Assembly: GCA_964478625.1 (NCBI GenBank)
Contig: CAYZJH010000006.1
Coordinates: forward strand, 12,543-76,542
DNA: 64,000 nucleotides
Direction of reading: 5' to 3'
From: an uncultured Desulfobacteraceae bacterium
Lineage (GTDB): Bacteria > Desulfobacterota > Desulfobacteria > Desulfobacterales > SKZT01
Part shown: in pieces, positions 28,120 through 37,904 of the stretch
Numbering within the stretch: the stretch's first letter is position 1
How the letters are laid out: every line of letters starts with the position of its first letter
Made by a program: the position numbers and the translations under genes
The notes under the pieces: generated by a model
Seen by the model: the letters and a program-made list of their open reading frames with translations, nothing else
Told to the model about the DNA's origin: nothing
Database searches by the model: none

Positions 28120-28890
28120 CATAAAAGCTTCCGACGTCTTTCCAGCGGAACCGGTCCCGGGCATGAACCGGGAGCAGGAATCCATTTTTGCAGCTGCACT
28201 CCATGGATAGCGCCTGAAGGCTTCACTTCGTGCCCGGTGTTCTTCGTTATGCCGGACTTGATCCGGCATCCACGAAAAACAGGTGCCTCAATCCGCATGG
28301 ATTCCGGTTTCAACCCATTGGCGCCGGGTTAAGGAATGAAAAAGCTATTTTAATTGTCATTCTGAGGAGGCCAACATGGTACGCGGTTATATGGCACACG
28401 ATCAGTGGCCGACGAAGAATCTATCCTCCATGCCGGCACGGTCTCTTGTGTTTAAACTCCAAGTCAGTACCGATGATCCTTCCGGGCTCGGGCAGATAGA
28501 TTCTTCGGTCGCTAACGCTCCCTCAGAATGACAAGTTCCAGGCAAGCTTCCTGAACCCTGAACACCTAATACCTAAAACCCGATCTTTCATGTTTCCGGT
28601 TCCCGGTTCAGGCCCGGGACAGGCCCCGCCGGAAAGACAGTACACTATCTCCTAAACACGTGAATACCTAAAACCTTAAACCTAATACCTTATACCTTAT
28701 ACCTCACACCTGAAACCTTTCCTTCCTGAACACTGGATCCCGACTCCCGGTTCAGGCCCGGGACAGGCCCCGCCGGGATGACGGCATAAAATCGTGCCGG
28801 GATAGCCATACGATCAGCCGCAATAACGTCAAAATAAACCGAGAGCACCTGATACCAGGCACTTATGAGATTTTTGGACAATCAAGAAAC
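28120..28890. mobile_element. ~770-bp compound of MITE-family modules and heptamer arrays
   Basis: Contains ggtcccgggcatgaaccgggagc, the hairpin module (28249-28269), the gttatatggcac...cttgtgtttaaactccaagtcag module shared with 57945..58030, NNNNACC heptamer runs (about 28555-28580 and 28662-28717), and two ccggttcaggcccgggacaggccccgccgg copies. The right end cacttatgagatttttggacaatc is a degenerate TIR. Confidence 0.75.
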
Positions 28891-28999
28891 AATATACCAT
28901 GAAAATATTTCATGCGAAATAGTAAAAAAATGAATTTGATTTCATAGAGGATGGGATGATAGAAATTTGACCTTGAAAACAAAGAAGGAGACCCGTCTG

Positions 29000-29767
29000 A
29001 TGAGTGGTGATCATAAGAAAATAATCCGGATCGCTTCCACCACCAGTGTCCAGAATTCGGGCCTGATGGATGTTTTGATACCTGAGTATGAAAAAAACAC
29101 CTGTTATCCTGTGTGTGTGGAACTGAAAGCGGTCGGTACCGGAAAAGCGATTCGTCTGGCCAAAAAAGGTCAGGCGGATCTGATTTTTGTCCATGATCCG
29201 TTCAGGGAAGAAAAATTTGTGGCCACGGGTTATGGGGTCAACCGCAGGACTGTCATGTACAATGAATTTTTGATCATCGGGCCTGAAAACGATCCTGCCC
29301 ATATCAGGCAGGCCTCAAGTGCTGAGGAGGCATTTGAAGCCATTGCGAAAAAATCAGCCCCTTTTGTTTCCCGGGGAGATGATTCCGGAACCAACTTCAG
29401 GGAGATGGATTTGTGGGAGGACATCGGAATCAATCCTGTGGGGAAAGGATGGTATTTCGTAACAGGAGCCGGTATGGGGCAAACATTGCTGGCGGCCAAC
29501 AATAAAAAAGCATACACCCTGGTGGACAGCGGCACTTTCCTTTTCTGTCAAAAGCAGATCGGCCTTTTGGAACTTTTCAGAAACGATCCGATCCTGAAAA
29601 ATGATTACAGCCTGATTGCAGTCAATCCTGCGAATGATCCGGAAGTAAACTATCGTGAAAGCATGGATTTTATCGCTTTTGCCACCTCGCCGGAAGGTCA
29701 GAAAGTCATTGCCGGATATACTCGCGACGGTGTTGTCTTATTTAATCCGGCGGCGGTCCCAGTTTGA
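29000..29767 (+). CDS. TupA-like tungstate/molybdate-binding protein paralog without a signal peptide
   Basis: 255 aa from ATG 29000 (SD aaggag). Shares ASTTS..NSGL, GTG.AI and SRGD.SGT motifs with the downstream TupA. The N-terminus MSGDHKKIIRIASTTS has no hydrophobic leader, and neither does the longer TTG-28967 version. Confidence 0.75.
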   Translation: MSGDHKKIIRIASTTSVQNSGLMDVLIPEYEKNTCYPVCVELKAVGTGKAIRLAKKGQADLIFVHDPFREEKFVATGYGVNRRTVMYNEFLIIGPENDPAHIRQASSAEEAFEAIAKKSAPFVSRGDDSGTNFREMDLWEDIGINPVGKGWYFVTGAGMGQTLLAANNKKAYTLVDSGTFLFCQKQIGLLELFRNDPILKNDYSLIAVNPANDPEVNYRESMDFIAFATSPEGQKVIAGYTRDGVVLFNPAAVPV

Positions 29768-29921
29768 CCCCATCCTTCGTACCGTGGAAAGAAATCATAG
29801 GGTTTCCTGAAAAAAAACAGGTCGTCTATTTTTCAAACCACCCGTGTTCAAGGTAAAGGAGTGGTTCCGGACTGTTGGATCGCCTTTTTGAACACCGACC
29901 ACTTTTTTTAAATAAGGAGAA

Positions 29922-30740
29922 ATGAAGATGAGAAGATTTTTCAGGTTTGGAAGTGTTGGATGTTTTCTGATTCTGCTGGTCTCGGGAACGGTTTATGCCG
30001 ACAGTATCATTTGTGCTTCCACCACCAGCACGGAAAATTCCGGATTGTTCGGCCACATTTTGCCGATGTTTGAAAAAGAGACGGGTATCGCAGTCAAAGT
30101 GGTGGCCCGGGGAACCGGTGCAGCCATTGAAATGGGGCGTCGAGGGGATGCGGATGTGGTGTTTGTGCATGCCAGGGAACAGGAATTGCAAGCGGTGGCC
30201 GAAGGGTTTTTTGTGAATCGCCATGATGTCATGTACAATGATTTTGTCATTATCGGTCCACCTGATGACCCGGCTTCCATTAAAGGGGTGGTTTCCGTGG
30301 TGGAAGGTTTTAAAAAAATTGCCGACCAACAGGCTTCCTATGTATCCCGGGGGGATCAATCCGGCACTCACACCAAAGAGCTTGCCATATGGAAACAGGC
30401 GGGTATTCATCCGACCGGACAGAAATGGTACCTGGAGGTGGGCCAGGGAATGGAAAAAACCCAACGGATCGGAAATGAAAAACGGGCCTATGTTCTGACC
30501 GACCGGGGAACCTGGCTGGCCACAAAAGATCAACTGGAAATGGACATTCTTCTGGAAGGCGATCCGGCTCTGTTCAATCAGTATGGCATTATGGCGGTTA
30601 ATCCCGAAAAACATGCTCATGTGAAATATGATCAAGCCATGAAGTTTATCGACTGGATCATTTCCGACAAAGGTCAGGCAGCCATTGACAGCTTCAGGGA
30701 CAAGCAGGGCAATCCCTTGTTTGTCCCAAATGCGAAATAA
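29922..30740 (+). CDS. tupA: periplasmic tungstate-binding protein of the ABC transporter
   Basis: 272 aa; signal peptide MKMRRFFRFGSVGCFLILLVSGTVYA; TupA-type motifs CASTTSTENSGL and SRGDQSGT; followed by permease and ATPase genes. Confidence 0.85.
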   Translation: MKMRRFFRFGSVGCFLILLVSGTVYADSIICASTTSTENSGLFGHILPMFEKETGIAVKVVARGTGAAIEMGRRGDADVVFVHAREQELQAVAEGFFVNRHDVMYNDFVIIGPPDDPASIKGVVSVVEGFKKIADQQASYVSRGDQSGTHTKELAIWKQAGIHPTGQKWYLEVGQGMEKTQRIGNEKRAYVLTDRGTWLATKDQLEMDILLEGDPALFNQYGIMAVNPEKHAHVKYDQAMKFIDWIISDKGQAAIDSFRDKQGNPLFVPNAK

Positions 30741-30748
30741 AAAACACC

Positions 30749-31453
30749 ATGGGATTTGTTATTGAGAGTTTTCACAACGCGTTGATTCTCATTTTCCGTC
30801 TGGATCCGGAACTGTTGAGCATTATGGTGCTGTCGCTAAAAGTATCCGGATCAGCGCTTTTGCTGGCCACCATTTTGGGAGTTCCGCCAGCGGCACTTTT
30901 CGGGTTGACCCGGATACCTCTGAAAGGATTTTTTTTAAACCTGATGAACACCTGCATGGGACTTCCTCCGGTGGTGGTAGGGCTTTTTATCTACCTGATG
31001 CTTTCCCGAAGCGGTCCACTGGGATTTATGGGGCTTCTCTATACGCCGACAGCCATGATTATTGCCCAATTTGTCCTTGCCTGGCCCATTATCGTGGCAC
31101 TATGCCATTCCGCCATCGTAAGCGTGGACCCGGTAATCCGTCAGGCAGCCGTCACCCTGGGAGCGACCCAAAGACAGGCATCCCTTACGGTGATTGTCGA
31201 AGCCCGTTATGGCATTATTTCAGCAATTATTGCGGGATTCGGCCGACTGATGGCCGAGGTGGGAGCCATCTTAATTGTCGGAGGAAACATTGCAGGGTAT
31301 ACAAGGGTCATGACAACAACGATCGCTCTGGAAGCCGACAAGGGAAACTTTGAGCTTGCGCTGGCCCTTGGAATTATTCTACTGGCAATGGCTTTAATGA
31401 TCAACTCGTTGCTGCTTGTTTTCCAGCGAAGAGGATTTGCCGAAAAATCATGA
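30749..31453 (+). CDS. tupB: tungstate ABC transporter permease
   Basis: 234 aa, about 5-6 TM; ABC permease (BPD_transp_1-like) region; 4-bp overlap with the ATPase gene. Confidence 0.85.
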   Translation: MGFVIESFHNALILIFRLDPELLSIMVLSLKVSGSALLLATILGVPPAALFGLTRIPLKGFFLNLMNTCMGLPPVVVGLFIYLMLSRSGPLGFMGLLYTPTAMIIAQFVLAWPIIVALCHSAIVSVDPVIRQAAVTLGATQRQASLTVIVEARYGIISAIIAGFGRLMAEVGAILIVGGNIAGYTRVMTTTIALEADKGNFELALALGIILLAMALMINSLLLVFQRRGFAEKS

Positions 31454-32100
31454 GTATCATTTTAGAAATTGAAAATATCACCAAGACTTATAACGGCAAA
31501 CCGGTTCTCAAAAACTGTTCTTTCAGGTTTGATCGGAAGGGGATTTATGTTTTACGGGGGTCCAACGGCACCGGCAAATCCACATTGCTCAGGATATGTG
31601 CGATGCTTGAGAGGCCTGATGAGGGTACTATCTCATATTATTCAAACGGTGAGCGGTTGCCGAAAAATATCGGCCTTCAAAGACAGATCAGCCTGGTACT
31701 ACCGAAAGTAGGCGTATTTAACCGAAGTGTCGCCGCCAATGTGGCGTATCCCCTTAAATTAAGGCATATTCCACGGGATGAGACAGCCGGGCGGGTGGCT
31801 AAAATACTTGAACTGGTGGGATTGTCCCATAAAAAAAATCAGCCGGCTCTGACCCTTTCAAGCGGTGAGACCCAGCGAATGGGGATGGCCCGGGCTCTGG
31901 TGATCGAACCTGAAATTCTTTTCCTCGATGAACCCACGGCTTCCATTGATGACCAAAATACCCTGATCATTGAGAATCTTTTAAAAACTCTGAAACAAAA
32001 CGGCCGCACAACCATTATCATGACCACCCATGACACAGTACAGGCCGGCCGGGTGGGCGATTATGTCCTGTGGCTCAAAAACGGACAAATCACGACGTAA
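31450..32100 (+). CDS. tupC: tungstate ABC transporter ATP-binding protein
   Basis: 216 aa; Walker A GSNGTGKST, signature LSSGETQR, Walker B ILFLDEP. Confidence 0.88.
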   Translation: MSIILEIENITKTYNGKPVLKNCSFRFDRKGIYVLRGSNGTGKSTLLRICAMLERPDEGTISYYSNGERLPKNIGLQRQISLVLPKVGVFNRSVAANVAYPLKLRHIPRDETAGRVAKILELVGLSHKKNQPALTLSSGETQRMGMARALVIEPEILFLDEPTASIDDQNTLIIENLLKTLKQNGRTTIIMTTHDTVQAGRVGDYVLWLKNGQITT

Positions 32101-32181
32101 TTTGGAAAACAAGACAGAATCAATTCCCCCGGATGATCCGCAGCACCAGATTGGATCCTGTCCTGGTTTTGATATGAACCT

Positions 32182-33339
32182 TCATGAAAGACGGGTCTTG
32201 TAGTCTTCATAACCAAAACTTCGAACCACAGAGAATCGACCGGATTCAGGCCGATATCGCGCGATGGATGGAAGATTCACTCCATTGAATGTGGTGGTTT
32301 TGACCATGCTGTAAATGGCCATATCCAGAAATGCCAGTCGGTCGCCGGGTTTCAATGGACTGTCAAAGGAATATTCACCGATCACATCCCCTGCCAGGCA
32401 TGATTTTCCCGCCAACCGACAGGTCCACTGTTTTTCACCGGCAAGGCCGGCCCCGATGATTTCAGGGCGGTAGGGCATTTCAAGCACATCCGGCATGTGG
32501 CACGACGCGGAAGTGTCCAGAATAGCCACCGGCATATCGGCGGTGATTATATCCAACACCGTGCTGACAAGAATACCGGCATTCAAAGCGACCGCCTCAC
32601 CGGGTTCAAGATAGACCTGGACGTCATATCGATGGCGGATCCGGTCGATACAGCGGCACAGACGGTCGATATCATAATCGTTTCGGGTGATATGATGGCC
32701 GCCTCCCATATTGAGCCATTTCATTTTCAGGATATGGGTTCCGAATTTTTTTTCAACCACCTCTAGAGTGCGATCAAGGGCATCGGCATTCTGCTGGCAG
32801 AGGGTGTGAAAGTGAAGTCCGGTGATATTGTCCAGGGAATCGGGTTCAAATTGCCCTATCCGAACCCCCAATCTGGATCCGACGGAACAGGGATCATAAA
32901 TGGGGACGGTCCCTTCGGAATGTTCCGGATTGATTCGAATTCCCATCTGAATGGGTCTTTCTGATTTCGATATTACAGGGCAAAACCGGCGATACTGATC
33001 AAACGAGTTAAATATGATATGGTCTGCAACCTCGACAAGCGCTTCCATTTCCGAATCCGAATAAGCCGGAGAGAAGACATGCACCTGTTTTCCGAATTCT
33101 TCGCGACCCAGCCGGGCCTCATGAATGCCACTGGCGCAAGTTCCATGCAATACCGGTCGTATCAACGGAAAAAGGCTGAACATGGCAAAGCCTTTCAACG
33201 CCAGTAAGATTTTTGCACCGGTACGCTGCTGGACGGAATTTAAAATACGCAGGTTTTTTTCGATCAGGGATTCATCCACCACAAAGCATGGGGATGGAAC
33301 ACGGTCCAGGTTTAACCGTTCCAGATAATTTCGGTCCAT
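32182..33339 (-). CDS. nspC: carboxynorspermidine/carboxyspermidine decarboxylase
   Basis: Alanine-racemase-fold PLP decarboxylase pattern (SPCFVVDE...ILLALKGFAMF...GGGHH...). Start chosen at MDRNY (33339); the track start 33420 would overlap the upstream gene by more than 100 bp. Confidence 0.85.
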   Translation of the reverse strand: MDRNYLERLNLDRVPSPCFVVDESLIEKNLRILNSVQQRTGAKILLALKGFAMFSLFPLIRPVLHGTCASGIHEARLGREEFGKQVHVFSPAYSDSEMEALVEVADHIIFNSFDQYRRFCPVISKSERPIQMGIRINPEHSEGTVPIYDPCSVGSRLGVRIGQFEPDSLDNITGLHFHTLCQQNADALDRTLEVVEKKFGTHILKMKWLNMGGGHHITRNDYDIDRLCRCIDRIRHRYDVQVYLEPGEAVALNAGILVSTVLDIITADMPVAILDTSASCHMPDVLEMPYRPEIIGAGLAGEKQWTCRLAGKSCLAGDVIGEYSFDSPLKPGDRLAFLDMAIYSMVKTTTFNGVNLPSIARYRPESGRFSVVRSFGYEDYKTRLS

Positions 33340-34508
33340 GGCAAGCCGTAAACATTCAATTTTTCCATAAACGGGTCGGGATCGAATTGCTCCATATTGA
33401 AAACCCCTTTTCCCCGCCATTTTCCGGTAAGCATCATCATAGCGCCGATCATGGCCGGTACGCCTGTCGTGTAGGAGATGGCCTGAGCTCCGACCTCCCT
33501 AAAGGCCTTCTGGTGATCGCAGATGTTGTAGATATAGTATTTTATTTGTTTACCGTTTTTTAGCCCTTTGATCAGGCAACCGATGCATGTCCGTCCTTTT
33601 GTGACAGGTCCTAATGATGCCGGGTCCGGAAGCAACGCTTTGAGAAATTGAATCGGGACGATTTCAATCCCTTTATAACATACGGGATCAATGCGGGTCA
33701 TCCCGACATTCCGGAGAACTTCCAGATGGTTGAGGTAATTGTCGCTGAAAGTCATCCAGAATCGCGCTTTTTTAAGACCCTTTAAATGTTTTACCAGCGA
33801 CTCCAATTCTTCATGATACAACAGGTAACACTTTTTAGGGCCGATACCTTCGGGAAAATCAAATGTCATGGATTCGGCAAGGGGTTCGGTTTCCACCCAG
33901 TTTCCATTCTCCCAATAGCGACCCTTTGCGGTGACCTCACGAATATTGATTTCCGGATTGAAATTGGTGGCAAATGGATGGCCGTGGTCTCCGGCATTGC
34001 AGTCGATAATGTCCAGTTCATGAATTTCATCAAACCGGTGTTTGAGAGCATGGGCACAGAAAACATTGGTGACTCCGGGGTCAAAGCCGCTTCCCAGAAG
34101 CGCCATAATCCCTTTGTCTCTGAAACGCTCATGATAAGCCCATTGCTGTTTATATTCAAATTTGGCTTCATCAGGATGTTCATAATTGGCCGTATCCAGA
34201 TAATCCACTCCTGTTTGAAGACAGGATTCCATGATGGCCAGGTCCTGGTAGGGAAGCGCCACGTTAATCACCAATTCAGGTTTAAAAAAACGGATAAGAT
34301 CAATGGTTTCCGATGTATTGTCGGCATCGACCTGCCGGGTATGAACAGTTCTGCCGGTCCTGGACTTCACACCTTCAGCGATGGTATGGCATTTGCTTAT
34401 ACTTCGGCTAGCCAGCATGATTTCGGAAAAAACCGAGGGGACCTGTGCGCATTTATTAACAACCACATTTCCGACCCCTCCTGCACCGATAATCAATACA
34501 CGGGACAT
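33312..34508 (-). CDS. carboxynorspermidine/carboxyspermidine synthase (saccharopine-dehydrogenase-like)
   Basis: Rossmann N-terminus MSRVLIIGAGGVGNVV. Full-length saccharopine-dehydrogenase-like pattern directly upstream of nspC. ATG 34508 with an SD is preferred over GTG 34526. Confidence 0.85.
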   Translation of the reverse strand: MSRVLIIGAGGVGNVVVNKCAQVPSVFSEIMLASRSISKCHTIAEGVKSRTGRTVHTRQVDADNTSETIDLIRFFKPELVINVALPYQDLAIMESCLQTGVDYLDTANYEHPDEAKFEYKQQWAYHERFRDKGIMALLGSGFDPGVTNVFCAHALKHRFDEIHELDIIDCNAGDHGHPFATNFNPEINIREVTAKGRYWENGNWVETEPLAESMTFDFPEGIGPKKCYLLYHEELESLVKHLKGLKKARFWMTFSDNYLNHLEVLRNVGMTRIDPVCYKGIEIVPIQFLKALLPDPASLGPVTKGRTCIGCLIKGLKNGKQIKYYIYNICDHQKAFREVGAQAISYTTGVPAMIGAMMMLTGKWRGKGVFNMEQFDPDPFMEKLNVYGLPWTEIIWNG

Positions 34509-34808
34509 ACGGCGGTTTCCTTTCACAAATTGTCAGAAGCGTTCGTTTTTTTTGAATTTTGGATATTAGCGGTCTCTATGGCCAATAACAAGAGCAAGGC
34601 GGTGAACAAAGGCCATGAAACAAAGCTTTTCATGGGCAAAATTATATGCCAAATGTTCAAGGATGTGTCAACATCGTTTCAAAAAGGATAATCCTTGACG
34701 CCATTTTCCAAATTTTGCATAGTAAACAGTGATTTATATAGAACTGACTTAACAGCATACTATCCATGCAAAGGAATCCATTTACAACATTATCAGGGGG
34801 GTAATGGG

Positions 34809-35660
34809 ATGGTACAGTCAGAATCAGCTGTTTCCAAGATAGTCAAAATACTGCTTGCTGAAGACAACCCGGTCAATCAGGAGGTTATTTCTGAAATGCT
34901 CACTTCCATAGGCTGTCAGGTGCAAGTCGTGTCCAACGGTCAACAGGCGTTGGACACTTTGAACCATGAATCGTTTGATTTGATTTTGATGGACTGCCAG
35001 ATGCCGATTATGGACGGCCATGAGGCGGCTCATCATATCCGTTCACTCGAACGGCAAAAAGGGCGTAAATTAATCCCGATTATTGGTATTACGGGCCGTT
35101 CTGTCCGGGACAATTATGAAAAAGGGGAAAAAGCATTCATGGATGACCTGCTTGACAAGCCATTCACCATCGATCAACTCAAAGACACGATTTTGAAATG
35201 GACCGGGGTTCATTTAGAAGAGAATATCGAACAGCACGAACAAACGACCATTTCAGATCCATATCAGTCCTTGGCTGATTCAGACAGCAGCAGTTCGAAT
35301 CGCCTGGATATTATGGCTTTGAAATCGATTTCAAAATTGGAATCCGGATCGACACGGTTTTTGAAAAAAATAGTGAGCATCTATTTCAGGGACTCTGCAA
35401 AACTAATTTCTGAAATCAATATGGGGATTCAGGAGAAAAACACGGTAAAAATATCCCGGGCGGCCCATAGCCTGAAGTCCATCAGTGCCAGTGTGGGAGC
35501 AACAACATTATCGATGTTGTGCGCACAACTGGAAGACATTGCGGGCCGGGAAATAATGGATGATATTGTATTCCGACTTACCGGAATTGAGTCTGAATAC
35601 GCGATGGTGATCGACGCTCTCAACTGCTTTGTCAATGATGTCGATCAGTTACCGTCATAA
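34809..35660 (+). CDS. response-regulator receiver + HPt phosphotransfer protein
   Basis: Start at ATG 34809. Receiver KILLAEDNPVNQ...DLILMDCQMPIMDG...KP. C-terminal HPt with RAAHSLKSISASVGA. Confidence 0.85.
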   Translation: MVQSESAVSKIVKILLAEDNPVNQEVISEMLTSIGCQVQVVSNGQQALDTLNHESFDLILMDCQMPIMDGHEAAHHIRSLERQKGRKLIPIIGITGRSVRDNYEKGEKAFMDDLLDKPFTIDQLKDTILKWTGVHLEENIEQHEQTTISDPYQSLADSDSSSSNRLDIMALKSISKLESGSTRFLKKIVSIYFRDSAKLISEINMGIQEKNTVKISRAAHSLKSISASVGATTLSMLCAQLEDIAGREIMDDIVFRLTGIESEYAMVIDALNCFVNDVDQLPS

Positions 35661-35689
35661 GTTGATTGATTCCTAAACCAGGAGATACC

Positions 35690-37843
35690 ATGACAGAAAC
35701 CGACACCCGGGATAATCCTTTCATTGCCCTGTTGGCGGATGACGATGAAATGATGCGGATTTTGATGCGTTCCTCTTTGGAAAAATCGGGTTTTTGGGTC
35801 AAGGAAGTGGAGGATGGGGCATCGGCCCTGAAGGAATATAAATCACTTTTGCCGGATGTTGTACTGCTGGATCTCATGATGCCCGGCATAAACGGGTTTG
35901 AGGTATGCAAGGAAATTCGCAAACTGCCCGAAGCCCTGTTTACGCCCATTCTGGTCATCACCGGATTATCCGACATCAAATCCATTGAAAGGGCTTACGA
36001 AGCGGGTGCCACGGATTTTATCACCAAACCGGTCAATTGGGACACTCTCGGGCACCATGTTCGTTACTTGCTGCGATCCGGCCAGATCGCCGAACAACTT
36101 CACAAAAACAAAGAAGCACTCCGCAAAAGCGAAGAGCGTTACGCCCTGGCGGCCCAAGGGGCTAATGACGGTTTATGGGATTGGGATCTGCACACGGGAA
36201 ATCTTTTTTTTTCGGAGCGTTGGCAAAAGATTCTGGGATATGATTACGGGACGTTCGGAAATACACTGGAGGATTGGTTCGACCATATCCACAAGGATGA
36301 CCTTCCAGATGTTGAAGTGGCCTTGAGCAACCATCTGGAGGGTTTAACCGAACATTTCGAACATGAGCATCGAATGCGTTACAAAGATCAGGAGTATATA
36401 TGGGTTCTGGTCAGGGGGCTAGCCATTCGGGATCCTGATGGAACCCCCTACCGGATGGCGGGGTCCCTTACGGATATTACCAGACGCAAAAAAACAGAAG
36501 AACAACTCATTCATAATGCTCTTTACGACAGTCTTACGCGCCTTGCCAACCGAACCCTGTTTTCCAACCGGCTGTCCCACGCCCTGCAACGTCTTAAACG
36601 AAATCACGACTCTGCATTTGCGATTCTTTTCCTGGATCTGGATCGTTTCAAGGTGATCAATGACAGCCTCGGGCACCAGACTGGAGATGAAATACTCAAA
36701 ACCATTGCTCGTCGTCTTGAATTGTGTATTCGACCGGGTGACACAGTGGCACGACTGGGAGGAGATGAATTCGTCATTTTGCTGGAAGGGATTCAGGATA
36801 TCCATGATGCGGAGAGAGTGGTGGAAAGAGTAAAAGCCAGGTTTAAGGAACCGATACAGCTTCAACACCATGAAGTCATCTACACCAGCGCCAGTATCGG
36901 CATTGTGATGGGATCATTGGATTACAACCGCCCGGAGGAACTGCTCAGGGATGCGGATACGGCCATGTATCGGGCCAAGTCCAAGGGCTTGGGCCGTTTT
37001 GAGAAATTTGATCCGTCCATGCACCACCATGTGGTCAGCCAGCTTCAACTCGAAAATGACCTGAGACGGTCTCTGGATACCCATGATTTCATTATCCACT
37101 ATCAGCCGATTGTTTCCTTGTTAACGGGTAAAATAACTGCCTTGGAAGCCCTGGTTCGCTGGAATCACCCCAAAAAAGGGCTTTTGCAGCCCGCCGATTT
37201 TATCTGGCTGGCCGAGGAAACCGGATTGATCGTTCCTTTAGGACATTGGATATTGCGTACCGTATGTCAACAGATCAGTCAATGGGAAGAGGCGGGAATG
37301 AACAAAATTCGTGTCGCCGTCAACATTTCCGCACGGCAACTTCTTTTTGACGGATTTGTGGATTCAGTATCCCAAATTATCAAACAGACCAATATCAATC
37401 CCGGGGTTTTAGAATTGGAAATCACCGAATCCGTGGTAATGGAAAATCTTCAACACGCCAAAGAGGCATTGCAGCGGCTCAGCCAAATCGGTGTGCAACT
37501 GGCACTGGATGATTTCGGGACGGGCTACTCCTCCCTGAGTTATCTGCATCACTTTCCGGTCAATAAAATTAAAATAGACCGCTCTTTTATTCATCAGGCA
37601 GGCTCAAATGCAGAGAGCAAGGACCTGGTGAATGCCATCATCAATATCGCCAAAAGCCTGTCCATGGATCTGGTGGCCGAGGGGGTAGAAACAAAAGATC
37701 AACTGGAGTGGCTTCAGAACAAACATTGCCAGTCGGCCCAGGGATTTTTGTTCTCCCACCCTTTGAGCGCTGTGGATATCGAAAAAATGTTAATGTCAGA
37801 GCAAAACCTTCTGGACCATGAACAATTGAAACGGTGCAGCTGA
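35690..37843 (+). CDS. response-regulator receiver / PAS / GGDEF / EAL c-di-GMP turnover protein
   Basis: ATG 35690 with SD aggaga. Receiver DVVLLDLMMPGINGFE. PAS region. RPGD I-site five residues before GGDEF. EAL-domain motifs EALVRW, DDFGTGYSSL, KIDRSF, EGVET and QGFLFSHP. Confidence 0.92.
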   Translation: MTETDTRDNPFIALLADDDEMMRILMRSSLEKSGFWVKEVEDGASALKEYKSLLPDVVLLDLMMPGINGFEVCKEIRKLPEALFTPILVITGLSDIKSIERAYEAGATDFITKPVNWDTLGHHVRYLLRSGQIAEQLHKNKEALRKSEERYALAAQGANDGLWDWDLHTGNLFFSERWQKILGYDYGTFGNTLEDWFDHIHKDDLPDVEVALSNHLEGLTEHFEHEHRMRYKDQEYIWVLVRGLAIRDPDGTPYRMAGSLTDITRRKKTEEQLIHNALYDSLTRLANRTLFSNRLSHALQRLKRNHDSAFAILFLDLDRFKVINDSLGHQTGDEILKTIARRLELCIRPGDTVARLGGDEFVILLEGIQDIHDAERVVERVKARFKEPIQLQHHEVIYTSASIGIVMGSLDYNRPEELLRDADTAMYRAKSKGLGRFEKFDPSMHHHVVSQLQLENDLRRSLDTHDFIIHYQPIVSLLTGKITALEALVRWNHPKKGLLQPADFIWLAEETGLIVPLGHWILRTVCQQISQWEEAGMNKIRVAVNISARQLLFDGFVDSVSQIIKQTNINPGVLELEITESVVMENLQHAKEALQRLSQIGVQLALDDFGTGYSSLSYLHHFPVNKIKIDRSFIHQAGSNAESKDLVNAIINIAKSLSMDLVAEGVETKDQLEWLQNKHCQSAQGFLFSHPLSAVDIEKMLMSEQNLLDHEQLKRCS

Positions 37844-37904
37844 CATTTCAAACATACCGGCCTTCACCGGTATGACGACAATAGATTCTCCCAAATAAAA
37901 TCAC

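Noticed and set aside
28891-29921. Moco/tungsten-cofactor riboswitch upstream of either tupA gene
   Set aside because: I read both leaders (28891-28999 and 29768-29921) and could not find the conserved Moco-motif core. An Infernal scan would be the decisive test.
29826-30635. 269-aa minus-strand ORF
   Set aside because: It lies entirely antisense to the well-supported tupA gene (29922..30740). Its translation is His/Pro/Gly-rich with no motif, so it is a shadow ORF.
33786-34691. 301-aa plus-strand ORF
   Set aside because: It is antisense to the carboxy(nor)spermidine synthase gene, which has a clear Rossmann motif and full-length family pattern. No SD and no recognisable domain.
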